Origin: Gemmatimonadota bacterium
GTDB lineage: Bacteria > JAAXHH01
Assembly (NCBI GenBank): GCA_026706345.1
Contig: JAPOYX010000184.1
Location: 3,465-67,464, forward strand
Direction of reading: 5' to 3'
DNA: 64,000 bases
Below are positions 1 to 8,350 of this stretch, piece after piece. The notes under the pieces were generated by a model, which worked only from the letters and a program-made list of their open reading frames with translations, had not been told where the DNA came from and made no database searches. Position numbers and translations under genes: made by a program. Each line of letters opens with the position of its first letter. The stretch's first letter is position 1.

Positions 1-158
1 ATAGTGCCCGTCTCCGCCAGAACCTCGGAGATCGATCCGTGTTGAACCTGGAGGATCTGAAACGTGGCATCCCGAACCGTGGAACTGAAAACAAAGTACA
101 CCAGAACGGCAACGAGACTGCAGGCCGATACACAGGCAATGACTAACCGTTTTTTCAT
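1..158 (-). CDS. 5' end of a periplasmic adaptor / membrane-fusion protein (HlyD/MacA-like); the gene runs off the window start
   Basis: Not in the ORF track because it is truncated. ATG at 158. Translation MKKRLVIACVSACSLVAVLVYFVFSSTVRDATFQILQVQHGSISEVLAETGT shows one N-terminal TM anchor, then the V-x-x-G-x-I-x-x-x-V/L-x-x-T-G beginning typical of efflux adaptor subunits. It starts 21 nt downstream of the preceding same-strand gene. Confidence 0.4.
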   Translation of the reverse strand, partial: MKKRLVIACVSACSLVAVLVYFVFSSTVRDATFQILQVQHGSISEVLAETGT

Positions 159-179
159 GACCGAAGTGATTTCCAAAAG

Positions 180-911
180 CTACACGTAAACCGTACCGAG
201 CAGTTCCACGGTCCGGCGAATGACAATCCACATGCCCCACGCCAATCCCAGCACGAGCCAGGTGAGCTTCGCAGATCCCCGAAAAGTCTGTGCCAGGCCG
301 AGTCCCAGCAGGAAAAGAAACCAGATTCCAAAGAAATCGACGCCCGGCAGGAACAGGCTCCAGAGGGTTTCGGGGTCCGCATCATCGAGAAACACACCAG
401 GATGGATGGGGAGATTGAACGAATCAAAAAGCAATACCAGCGAGGTCTTGACGATGGTTTCGGGGACGAGGACAAGCGAGGCATAGCCGGTAATCGGAAG
501 GACCTTGCCGTACGGCAGCGGTTTGCCGAATATCAGTTCACCGCAGTGTTTTCCCAACACCGACCACGCAGCGACCATGAAGCAGACGCTCGCCGGCATG
601 ATCAAAAGGCCGATGAGCTGACGATGGTCGAATTTCACGGCCTCGCGTAGAATGATGGATTTTTGATCTACACTCAGATCCGAATAGGACTGGAATTCGG
701 TCTCGATCAACGCCCTTTCCGTATCCAGCGCAACGGGCAAAGTAACTATTCCGGCGCAAAGGACGACCGACATGACCAGGATCAGCACCAACATCAACTC
801 GGCGGTGGAAGGTCCTGTTTCAAGATCCGCGAAAGCCTTCCCTGGCCTGTAGAAAACCTGGAGCCACCGCCCGGCATATCTTGCCAGATCTGTGGTAGCG
901 CTCATGGACAT
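180..911 (-). CDS. polytopic membrane protein, Yip1-like (family call tentative)
   Basis: ORF 180..992 trimmed to ATG 911 (MSMSATTDLARYAGRWLQVFYRPGKAFADLE...), overlapping the upstream stop by 10 nt. About 5 hydrophobic helices. Lies in a same-strand operon. Confidence 0.7.
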   Translation of the reverse strand: MSMSATTDLARYAGRWLQVFYRPGKAFADLETGPSTAELMLVLILVMSVVLCAGIVTLPVALDTERALIETEFQSYSDLSVDQKSIILREAVKFDHRQLIGLLIMPASVCFMVAAWSVLGKHCGELIFGKPLPYGKVLPITGYASLVLVPETIVKTSLVLLFDSFNLPIHPGVFLDDADPETLWSLFLPGVDFFGIWFLFLLGLGLAQTFRGSAKLTWLVLGLAWGMWIVIRRTVELLGTVYV

Positions 912-2104
912 AGATCCCCCATGATGACCAGATGGTAGTAGCTGTGTCCGCCGCCCGACCAGAATGGGATGCCCCAGGGCCAGAACCTCCACCAGACCGG
1001 TTTCGTACGGGTATACGCACCCCGCCTGTAACTCTCCAGGAACGTGCCGATGTGATGCGCCGTGCTCGTGGACAGATGCCGGCCGACTCTCCTGGGATGG
1101 GACTCCACGCCAAGGTATGAACGAATCATCAGGCTGTGCTCATCGATCGGAAGCGCGTCGACATTCGCGACGTACCACTTGAACACGTAGTAGAAGTGGT
1201 CTATGAGGAAGTACTCTACGTTCGACACGTAGAAGACGGATATGCTCGTATCGTGGGCTTCAGCGTACGAGCCGATGGCCCGCAACGCTTTCTCGCCAGC
1301 GAAGTTCCCCACGACGGGAATGACCAGGTTCCTGAGATGCAGGTTTTTCACAAAGCTGAATGCATCTTCTGTAAACAGGAAACTGGCGAACTCCCCTTTT
1401 ACCGTCGTACCTGCCATCAGATCCCTGAACGTAGGATAGGACAGGCCGTTTCTCAGGCGTGTTTCGGCGTACCGGATCGAAAGCTGTTTTTCGTAAAACG
1501 ACCGGTAGACGTAAAGCATCTTTTCGAGATCGTCCCGGTCTTCGATCCCATACCGCCTTACTTCCCGCCGAAGCCGCTTCCAGTTTTCTTCAAATTGCAG
1601 GGAGTCGGCTTTGGTCGACGTCTCGATGTAATCCAGAACTCCGGTAACGGCGGCCGTGCGTTCTGGAGTTCCGTTCGCATCCGATTCGCCCTCCCGGTTC
1701 TGTCGGCTGAACAGCAGCATCAGGAAGGACGTGCGGTCCCGGGCCAGGGCAAAAAGGGCTTTGTAGAGGAGATGCTGAAGCAGGTTCTCGCGTCGGATGT
1801 CGACGATGAAAGCGATATCCGGTCTCGAGGCGGCAATGTAGGAGAAGTTCTGTTCCGTACCGACGCCGATATACACGCCGCCGCGTTTGCCCAGTTCGAT
1901 TACCGTAGGAACGACGTGCAGGTAGGACGATTCATTGGTAACGAAGTTGTTCCCGGGGAAGTGACCGGGCTCTTCGGAGAACGCGGTCATGATCCTGGCG
2001 AATTCGGACAGCGCCAGGGAGTCCGGCAACGCCCCGTGCGATGCGAAACGCAGGTCGAGCAGGACGCAAAGTACCGGCAAAACTAAAAAGCGAAAAAGTT
2101 TCAA
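902..2104 (-). CDS. secreted protein of unknown function
   Basis: 400 aa. Signal-peptide-like N-terminus MKLFRFLVLPVLCVLLDLRFASHG. Conserved-looking core GVYIGVGTEQNFSYIAASRPDIAFIVDIRREN. No catalytic motif recognised. Confidence 0.75.
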   Translation of the reverse strand: MKLFRFLVLPVLCVLLDLRFASHGALPDSLALSEFARIMTAFSEEPGHFPGNNFVTNESSYLHVVPTVIELGKRGGVYIGVGTEQNFSYIAASRPDIAFIVDIRRENLLQHLLYKALFALARDRTSFLMLLFSRQNREGESDANGTPERTAAVTGVLDYIETSTKADSLQFEENWKRLRREVRRYGIEDRDDLEKMLYVYRSFYEKQLSIRYAETRLRNGLSYPTFRDLMAGTTVKGEFASFLFTEDAFSFVKNLHLRNLVIPVVGNFAGEKALRAIGSYAEAHDTSISVFYVSNVEYFLIDHFYYVFKWYVANVDALPIDEHSLMIRSYLGVESHPRRVGRHLSTSTAHHIGTFLESYRRGAYTRTKPVWWRFWPWGIPFWSGGGHSYYHLVIMGDLCP

Positions 2105-2141
2105 TGTAGGGGGTTTTCCTTCTCATCTGATTAAAACTCAA

Positions 2142-3125
2142 CTATTTCGAGTTCAACTGTGCAACACGGTCGAGGCGGTTCTGCATCGTGGGGTGAGTCA
2201 GGAGCACTTTGGCAAACCTCGGTGGTGGCTTTAAGCTTTCATTCACTTGATGCAGGCGGTAGAGGGCCCGACTATAGCACTCCACCCCCACCCATCCGGC
2301 CGCGGTAGCATCTGCTTCGTATTCGTTCCGCCTCGATAACGGGTAGAGGACAAGAAACATGAGAATCCACACATTCACGACGTTTATAATACTGTAGGCC
2401 CACAATTTGAAAGACTCGTCCAGAGCATCGAAATAAGCATTGAAATCTACCTGGTACATGAATACCTGCATTCCGCAGATCCACATAAACGTAGCCAACA
2501 GCATTTTGGGCAGGTGCCGGTGACGAATGTGGGCCAATTCGTGAGCGAATATTGCCAGGATCTCCTCTTCGTTCACTTTCGCCAGAAGCTTGTCCGTAAA
2601 GAAGATGTACCTGTTTTTTTGGAAAAGCCCGGTAACCATTGCGTTGGCTGTCCTACTCTTAATGGTGAACAAGTTTTCGGCTGCTATGTCCATTCCTGTG
2701 GAAGCAATCAACTTTCCCACCGACCGGTCCAGACGATCGTCTCGTAACTCATATCCGCGGAAGATGTAACGTACCAGATATGGAAAACACAAATATGCAC
2801 AGACGTTTCCCACCGTAGCTGACAAGACGATTAGAATCACAATCGTTAACGAACCGTGGTCAAACAGACCCGGAACTGCCCTTTCAATCACGTCGTCCGC
2901 GGTGAGCAGAATGCTCAAGAACACGAGTAACGCAATACACATGCCTGCTGTGATTACACTCATGTTCAGCCCGAATTCGACCAGTTTGTCGCGCCAGGTC
3001 AACCGGATGGGTTCATCATCGGTTGACGAAACACTGCCGGTTGCTTCGTTTAATCGATTTGTAGAATCGACCACTGTTGCCCTCTTTATATCAGCGTTAT
3101 GACATAATGACTTGTAGCAGGACAT
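2142..3125 (-). CDS. M48-family zinc metallopeptidase (HtpX/Ste24-like), membrane-embedded
   Basis: 327 aa. HExxH zinc motif in FAHELAHIRHRH. NAMVTG upstream and EYEAD downstream, as in M48 peptidases. TM helices flank the catalytic region. Confidence 0.85.
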   Translation of the reverse strand: MSCYKSLCHNADIKRATVVDSTNRLNEATGSVSSTDDEPIRLTWRDKLVEFGLNMSVITAGMCIALLVFLSILLTADDVIERAVPGLFDHGSLTIVILIVLSATVGNVCAYLCFPYLVRYIFRGYELRDDRLDRSVGKLIASTGMDIAAENLFTIKSRTANAMVTGLFQKNRYIFFTDKLLAKVNEEEILAIFAHELAHIRHRHLPKMLLATFMWICGMQVFMYQVDFNAYFDALDESFKLWAYSIINVVNVWILMFLVLYPLSRRNEYEADATAAGWVGVECYSRALYRLHQVNESLKPPPRFAKVLLTHPTMQNRLDRVAQLNSK

Positions 3126-3747
3126 TAAGTGCGACGTAGGTCAGGATCACACCGGCTGCCTTGAATCTGGACAGCGAGCAAACCCTGTGCGCCACTTCGA
3201 TGGCAAAAGCGACTACCAGGATCAGCGCGAACATCCGGCCATACCGAACCCACTTATAAAACCCGGAATCCTGCATTTTCATAATCTCACCGGGTAATTG
3301 ATCGAGTGTGGACAGGGTCGACAGGCCGACATAGACCATCTGGTCCGAAAAAACAAGCATGAGAACAACCGCCATGATCGAATACGCTGTAACCGGGATG
3401 TATGCGACACCCAGCCATCCAAACAGCGCGCGATGACGGCGTCTACTGTTCAATAGTGCAACGGCGATCATAACAAATACCCATCCCAAAACGAAAATCA
3501 CGATTTCGCCTAACGTGACGCTCAATACCATGCCAATGAACAGAGCCAGGAAAACCTGTCCATAGGATTCGGCAAGGTGATCCGGCAATTGCCCGGCCAC
3601 TGACCTGAATGTCAGGAACAGTACCAACCCGTTCATTATCAAGTACACGACAAACATCCCGATACCCGTCCAGAGCGGCTCGGTTTCACTGATTGAAGTT
3701 AACCGGTTGGAGGACCTGCCTGGGGTTTTCATATTCAATCCGTTCAA
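3097..3747 (-). CDS. polytopic membrane protein, unknown function
   Basis: 216 aa with 5-6 hydrophobic helices. Start is ambiguous (ATG 3747 or 3732) and overlaps the end of the upstream gene by 47-62 nt. The 3' end overlaps the M48 gene start. Confidence 0.65.
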   Translation of the reverse strand: MNGLNMKTPGRSSNRLTSISETEPLWTGIGMFVVYLIMNGLVLFLTFRSVAGQLPDHLAESYGQVFLALFIGMVLSVTLGEIVIFVLGWVFVMIAVALLNSRRRHRALFGWLGVAYIPVTAYSIMAVVLMLVFSDQMVYVGLSTLSTLDQLPGEIMKMQDSGFYKWVRYGRMFALILVVAFAIEVAHRVCSLSRFKAAGVILTYVALNVLLQVIMS

Positions 3748-4324
3748 TTGTTTTGTTCACTATCTGGCCAGTGACAAGTGTTTCGATAATCGAAGCCGCT
3801 GAAATCAGAAGGAATCCTGTGACGAGTCTACGTACGTTCAAGGTCAGCCTGTTCGAATCGATAAACCATGAATCGTACTTGAGTTTATAATAGAAGAGGA
3901 CCAGGCCTTCGCATCCCACAGCGCCGAAAAACGTAAACCCCGCCAACTCGATCACGCCATGGGGCAGGACCAAAGCGGCTATGGCGTAAATCGAAGTACC
4001 GGAATCGAGCGCCGAAAGCGTAGACCATGCCACGATAGTTCCTGTCCAGCCCAATATCATGACACTGACTAATCCAAAGGACAGAAGGCCAAATAGTATT
4101 TTCATAGAAACGAGCAAATTGTTGCCTATAATGAACTTCCATTCATCCCCGCCATCCAGAAATGGACGTGAATCGAGCATGAGTGAGGAGGAACCCGGAT
4201 CTGTTGGTTCTTTCGCAATCATATCCAGGGGTATTGCCACTCCAACACCCAAACCGACGATGATGGAAGCAAAGGAAAGCAACCAGGGTAATTTGTCTGT
4301 TATTCGCGCCGATATGGATTCCAC
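3686..4324 (-). CDS. SpoIIM/DUF95-like integral membrane protein
   Basis: 212 aa. Motif region IIGNNLLVSMKILFGLLSFGL ... LPHGVIELAGFTFFGAVG matches the stage II sporulation protein M-type family signature (NN...G...PHG-x-x-E-x-x-x). Confidence 0.75.
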   Translation of the reverse strand: MESISARITDKLPWLLSFASIIVGLGVGVAIPLDMIAKEPTDPGSSSLMLDSRPFLDGGDEWKFIIGNNLLVSMKILFGLLSFGLVSVMILGWTGTIVAWSTLSALDSGTSIYAIAALVLPHGVIELAGFTFFGAVGCEGLVLFYYKLKYDSWFIDSNRLTLNVRRLVTGFLLISAASIIETLVTGQIVNKTIERIEYENPRQVLQPVNFNQ

Positions 4325-4400
4325 TTCAAGAACCGTCCTTCAAATTCGAGGAAAGGATGGAGGCCGTTGCAGGCCTCCATCCTCCATACTGGCCGGCTTA

Positions 4401-4685
4401 CTAAATTCCAGCACCTATAAACAAGCCACCGATACCTGTTGCGCCGCCAACGCAGGCCAATAAACCATAGCCGGATGTCACCAACCAACCAGCTGCCGCG
4501 CCACCCGCAACTCCACCCAATACGCTGCCGGCGGCCAAGGCCGCATTGGAATTGTACAGGCAGTAGATCAGGTTCGGCGTCGCAACGACACCGGGAGTTT
4601 CAGCCAGCGGCGCGCTGGCCGTCGAGTTGACGCTTGCGCCTGCGATCAGGGCGAACATGAATACGGAGAGAATAAGCTTTTTCAT
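4401..4685 (-). CDS. small secreted glycine-zipper protein (about 94 aa precursor)
   Basis: ORF 4401..4916 trimmed to ATG 4685, preceded by AGAGGAG. Signal peptide MKKLILSVFMFALIAGASVNSTASA. The mature part holds two GxxxG-rich hydrophobic segments (AALAAGSVLGGVAGGAAAGWLV and LLACVGGATGIGGLFIGAGI) and 2 Cys. Confidence 0.7.
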   Translation of the reverse strand: MKKLILSVFMFALIAGASVNSTASAPLAETPGVVATPNLIYCLYNSNAALAAGSVLGGVAGGAAAGWLVTSGYGLLACVGGATGIGGLFIGAGI

Positions 4686-5026
4686 GATGATCAGTACTCC
4701 TCTATTGCTGGTTTGATCGAACGTGTATTGAATAAGAATCGAACGTGTGTACTTTATCCTTCGAACGTATTTGGGATTCCGTCGGCCTCCATTCCTCATC
4801 GATTCAGGTTCCATCCTCCGTTCTCCTTCGATGCGGACCTCATTTCCTGCGCTTGTACCAGGGAACTCGGTTACAGGTCTCGGAGTGCGCGGTTCCGAGA
4901 GCGCTTCGATCGTCAAACGGAAACTCGACCTGATGTTGTAAGTGAATCCAGCATCTGCCGCGCGGTCTTAATGGATTAGTCCTTCGGAATTTTTCGATTC
5001 TCGCGGAAAATCTTATTTTTCTGCAA

Positions 5027-5056
5027 TAAAAAAGCCCGACGATCGTTCCGCCGGGC
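5027..5056 (-). terminator. rho-independent terminator downstream of the 71-aa ORF
   Basis: Minus-strand RNA reads GCCCGGCG-GAACGAU-CGUCGGGC (8-bp stem with one G.U) followed by UUUUUUAUU. Confidence 0.7.
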
Positions 5057-5100
5057 GTTCGAAATTCCGCTCGTATGCCTGTATACCAGGCTATCTGGCC

Positions 5101-5316
5101 TCACTCCCTTCTTCGATTCATTCGCTTTTTGTTTTCTCTTTCGAATTCACGCAGTTCCTTCTTATCCGCCTCCACCTCCTCAGCTAACTCCTCCTCGGTT
5201 GCTTCTCCCATGTGCAATTCCATCAGTCGCCTGATCGTGCTGAACTCGTGCACAATGTTCATTAATGCCGGTCCAAATTGACTCATCCGGTAAATGTCAT
5301 CCCGGATTTGCGCCAA
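5101..5316 (-). CDS. small highly charged protein, unknown function
   Basis: 71 aa; acidic then basic C-terminal tail EEELAEEVEADKKELREFERENKKRMNRRRE. Followed 45 nt later by a strong terminator. Start is uncertain (TTG 5316 or ATG 5286) and there is no good SD. Confidence 0.4.
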   Translation of the reverse strand: MAQIRDDIYRMSQFGPALMNIVHEFSTIRRLMELHMGEATEEELAEEVEADKKELREFERENKKRMNRRRE

Positions 5317-5414
5317 TCCTCTTCAAACCGCAAGGGGCCTTCAAGCACACACTACCTTCCCACTATATTTAGAGAATCGAAACTTACAGGTGACGGCAGG
5401 GTCTTGCTGCACCG

Positions 5415-8036
5415 CTAATTCCCGGCTGCGCTTCGGATCGCCTCCAGCAACACTTCCCGCGTCATACCCTTTCCGGGTGCGTTCAGGCTCGCTTCTTCCA
5501 CCGGGTCGGCGACGAGCCAGATGCCCCGTTCCAGGGCGTAGCCGCCCCGGTCGGAGGCCCTTCGGAGGTGGCCTTCCAGATCTTCTTTGCTTATAAGGCC
5601 GAGCAGTCCGACGGGGATCACCCGGACGGAGATGCCCCGGGCGCGCAGGAAGGGCGCGTACCATTCCGGTGGCCGCTCATAGGAGAAGACGAGGAAGGGA
5701 CGTTCCGGCGTGCCGGCGCCGCGCCAGAAACCCAGATGAAACCAGTTCGGCCGCGGGGAGCGGACGAAAGCACCGTGGTGCAGTCCCGGGTTGATTTGGT
5801 CCATGGACTGCCGGTAGAGCGTGCCGAGGCGCTCGGCGTTGGCTTCCTGCAGTTGGATGTAGGTCTCGAGATATCCCGACTTCAGCAGCCACTCGAACCG
5901 GTTGTCCCGGCCCAGCCCCATGAGCGACTTGAATTCGTCGCCGTGATACAGCCCGTTCCGGACGAGATGGCGTATGAAGTATCGGAAATGCAGGTCGTCG
6001 AAGACGTCGGTCGCGGCGTAGGCTTCCAGCGGCCGGGTGATATGTGGCTCCCAGTCATGCACAATGGCCTTCAAGGATCCGCGGCCGCGGCTGTGCCGGG
6101 CTATGGCGCGGGCAGGTTCGAAGAGGTGGCGGCTCAGGTAGGCCATGTCCAGCTTGGAAGGCAGGCCGACGGGATTGCCGCGGGCGTCGAGGGCGGCCGC
6201 GTAGTCGCCGGATATCTCGCGGTCGCGAGGGGCGCTGATGCCTGCGTACCAGGCCGTCGACGTACCGTCCAGGCGGTTCAGAATCGGCAGGGCCCACGAT
6301 TCGAAACGCACGTCGCCCGTCATCTCGGCTCCCCCCGTATAACTGGCGGCCGGCGCCACGGTCCACAGGAAATCCATCCCAAGATTCGGCAGCATATCGG
6401 CGAGATCGGGTACATGTTCATGGCGGCGCGCGATGAAGTCCCATGCGCCTCGATGCGAAACATCGTCCGCTGTGCCGGAAGAGAGACCCGCGCCTGAGCG
6501 CGCGCCCCGAACCGAACCGGAGCCAGAGCTCGAACTCGGGCCGACACTCGAACTCGGGCCGACACTCGAACTCGGGCCGACACTCGAACTCGGGTCGGCA
6601 CTCGAACCTGACACCGCGCTGTCGATCACCCGGACCCGTTCAGGCAGCGCCGTCAGTATGGAGATGTTGTTGAGGGGTATATCGGGTTTCCGGTTGCCGG
6701 GCATCCGGGCCGTGGGATACTCGTGGTCGGGGGACCAGTCCCCCTGGGAATCGGCCAGCGCGCGGACATACCGCGCGAGTCCATCCAGAAAACCTCCCAG
6801 GTCTTCGAGGCCCGGGTCCACGGCGCCGATGCCGAGCGGCGGCGGGGGCCGGTCAACGCCGGTCAGAGCCTGGCGGTCAACGGCCAGGACGTACCCCTTG
6901 TTCAAACGGTCGGTCCTACCCGCGGCCGCCACCGCCATGCGGCCGAAAGTCTCCTCGTCGTCCCGCATGGACTCCAGGTCTTCCGCGGAACGTATCTCCT
7001 CCCGGATCTCCCGGCCGGCGAACGCGGCGGCTATAACCTCCACCGGGACGGAGACCAGCGCGTGTTCGGATCCCCACCGGTTGCCGGGCATGCGCACGGT
7101 CAACGTGTCTTTCGAATCCGAAACGCCCTCCACTCTCCCCTTGAATCTCGACGTGGTCCAGTCCGTCGGTGCGGGCTGTTCCCGGTTTCGGTAGTACAGG
7201 CTTGCCCGCAGTTCCTGCTCGCCGCGCAACAGCAGTTCGATATCCTCCCCGGCAATGGCGTCGGCCGGATGGATGCGCAGGGTGCGCCGGACGATCCGGT
7301 ATTGGGGTTCTCGTTCGGGCGCCGACGCCTCTTCGAGTTCCTCTCCGGACGCCGCTTCCGGCTCCAGGAGCAGCGGCACGGCGCCGACGCCCACAAGCAG
7401 GCGGGTGCCGGCACGGGCAGCAACGGTCCCGTCCAGGTCCCGTGCGACCGGATGGCCGGCCGCGGGTTCGAAGAATACCACGGGATTCAGGACGGGACTG
7501 GTTTCATGGTCGGCATTCAGGGCGTGCAGGTTGATGTTCAGGCGAGTCAGGACCTCGTTGAACTGATACCGGTCGTGGATGCCGGGATTGACCTTTCTCC
7601 GTTCGCCGTAGGGACCGTCGGACGGCATCGCCAGAACAAGCACTTTCCCCCTCGAAACGAAGTTGATGGCCAGGTCCACTTCCTGGATGCTCATGCCGGG
7701 ATCGCCGCCGCCCAGCAGCAGGATGACGTCGTATGTTCCGGCGTCCCGTTCCACCATGGCCGGATAATATGGCCGGTAATCGACGTCGAGACCCGCTTCC
7801 GAGAACGCCCGGATCACCCGGGTGTTTTCTTCCGGATAGGTCATGGCGTAGTCGACGACGAGCAGGCGGGGACTGCCGTTCTGTCGAGTGGCCGTCTCCC
7901 GTTGCGCGGGCGCACGGGTCGCACGCGAGGCGACCGGCCCCTGTGCGATCGTCTTTTCCCAGCTTGACTGCCGCGCGCTTGAAGATTGGAACGGCGCCAG
8001 GAAGACAATCAGGCAAACCATCAGTTTTATTCGCAT
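5415..8036 (-). CDS. large secreted protein of unknown function with low-complexity Ser/Gly/Pro linker
   Basis: ORF 5415..8093 trimmed to ATG 8036 (MRIKLMVCLIVFLAPFQSSSARQ, signal peptide). The N-terminal region LLVVDYAMTY...YDVILLLGGGDPGMSIQEVDLAINFVSRGKVLVLAMP looks like a flavodoxin/GATase1-like module (weak inference). The central linker is SSVGPS repeats. The C-terminal part of about 400 aa has no recognised motif. Confidence 0.8.
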   Translation of the reverse strand: MRIKLMVCLIVFLAPFQSSSARQSSWEKTIAQGPVASRATRAPAQRETATRQNGSPRLLVVDYAMTYPEENTRVIRAFSEAGLDVDYRPYYPAMVERDAGTYDVILLLGGGDPGMSIQEVDLAINFVSRGKVLVLAMPSDGPYGERRKVNPGIHDRYQFNEVLTRLNINLHALNADHETSPVLNPVVFFEPAAGHPVARDLDGTVAARAGTRLLVGVGAVPLLLEPEAASGEELEEASAPEREPQYRIVRRTLRIHPADAIAGEDIELLLRGEQELRASLYYRNREQPAPTDWTTSRFKGRVEGVSDSKDTLTVRMPGNRWGSEHALVSVPVEVIAAAFAGREIREEIRSAEDLESMRDDEETFGRMAVAAAGRTDRLNKGYVLAVDRQALTGVDRPPPPLGIGAVDPGLEDLGGFLDGLARYVRALADSQGDWSPDHEYPTARMPGNRKPDIPLNNISILTALPERVRVIDSAVSGSSADPSSSVGPSSSVGPSSSVGPSSSSGSGSVRGARSGAGLSSGTADDVSHRGAWDFIARRHEHVPDLADMLPNLGMDFLWTVAPAASYTGGAEMTGDVRFESWALPILNRLDGTSTAWYAGISAPRDREISGDYAAALDARGNPVGLPSKLDMAYLSRHLFEPARAIARHSRGRGSLKAIVHDWEPHITRPLEAYAATDVFDDLHFRYFIRHLVRNGLYHGDEFKSLMGLGRDNRFEWLLKSGYLETYIQLQEANAERLGTLYRQSMDQINPGLHHGAFVRSPRPNWFHLGFWRGAGTPERPFLVFSYERPPEWYAPFLRARGISVRVIPVGLLGLISKEDLEGHLRRASDRGGYALERGIWLVADPVEEASLNAPGKGMTREVLLEAIRSAAGN
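6529..6608. repeat. 18-bp coding tandem repeat (about 4.4 copies)
   Basis: CTCGAACTCGGGCCGACA is repeated perfectly at 6529, 6547 and 6565, with 2 substitutions at 6583, and partially at 6601. On the minus strand it encodes (SSVGPS)n inside the 873-aa protein. Confidence 0.95.
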
Positions 8037-8238
8037 GATATTCGACCCGGGATGGTGTTGTCGACCGACATACCATTTTACAACCGTACGCACCGGATCA
8101 CAAGCCGTTAAATGACGGGAAGCTCAGCACTACAGTGAGGAAATATCAAGATTTACGTGATAAAAACGTATAATAATGACAATACAAGAGGATAATTGTG
8201 CGATTTATTGCCATACAGCGAGACATCATGATAGCAGA

Positions 8239-8258
8239 ATATGTCGCGATATGTCGCG
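8239..8258. repeat. perfect 10-bp tandem direct repeat upstream of the kinase/regulator gene (candidate wHTH regulator site)
   Basis: ATATGTCGCG ATATGTCGCG at 8239-8248 and 8249-8258, 93 nt upstream of the TTG start at 8351. The repeat itself is certain; its function is inferred only. Confidence 0.5.
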
Positions 8259-8350
8259 GACGGCCGGGGTTGAATCCGATCGACAGAGCGGATGGTCCGT
8301 CGTTGCGGAAGAATTGACGGTGCTGCATACGCTGCAGGGAGGACTGACAG

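Noticed and set aside
4713-4979. Several 60-90-aa plus-strand ORFs upstream of the glycine-zipper gene, and the long N-terminal extension of ORF 4401-4916
   Set aside because: The extension precedes a perfect SD plus ATG plus signal peptide at 4685. The plus-strand ORFs lack starts with an SD and overlap one another.
6320-6601. ORFs translating the 18-bp repeat as VRVSARVRVSA... or ELGPTLELGPTL...
   Set aside because: These are alternative frames or strands of the tandem repeat inside the 873-aa gene. They are artefacts of repeat periodicity being a multiple of 3.
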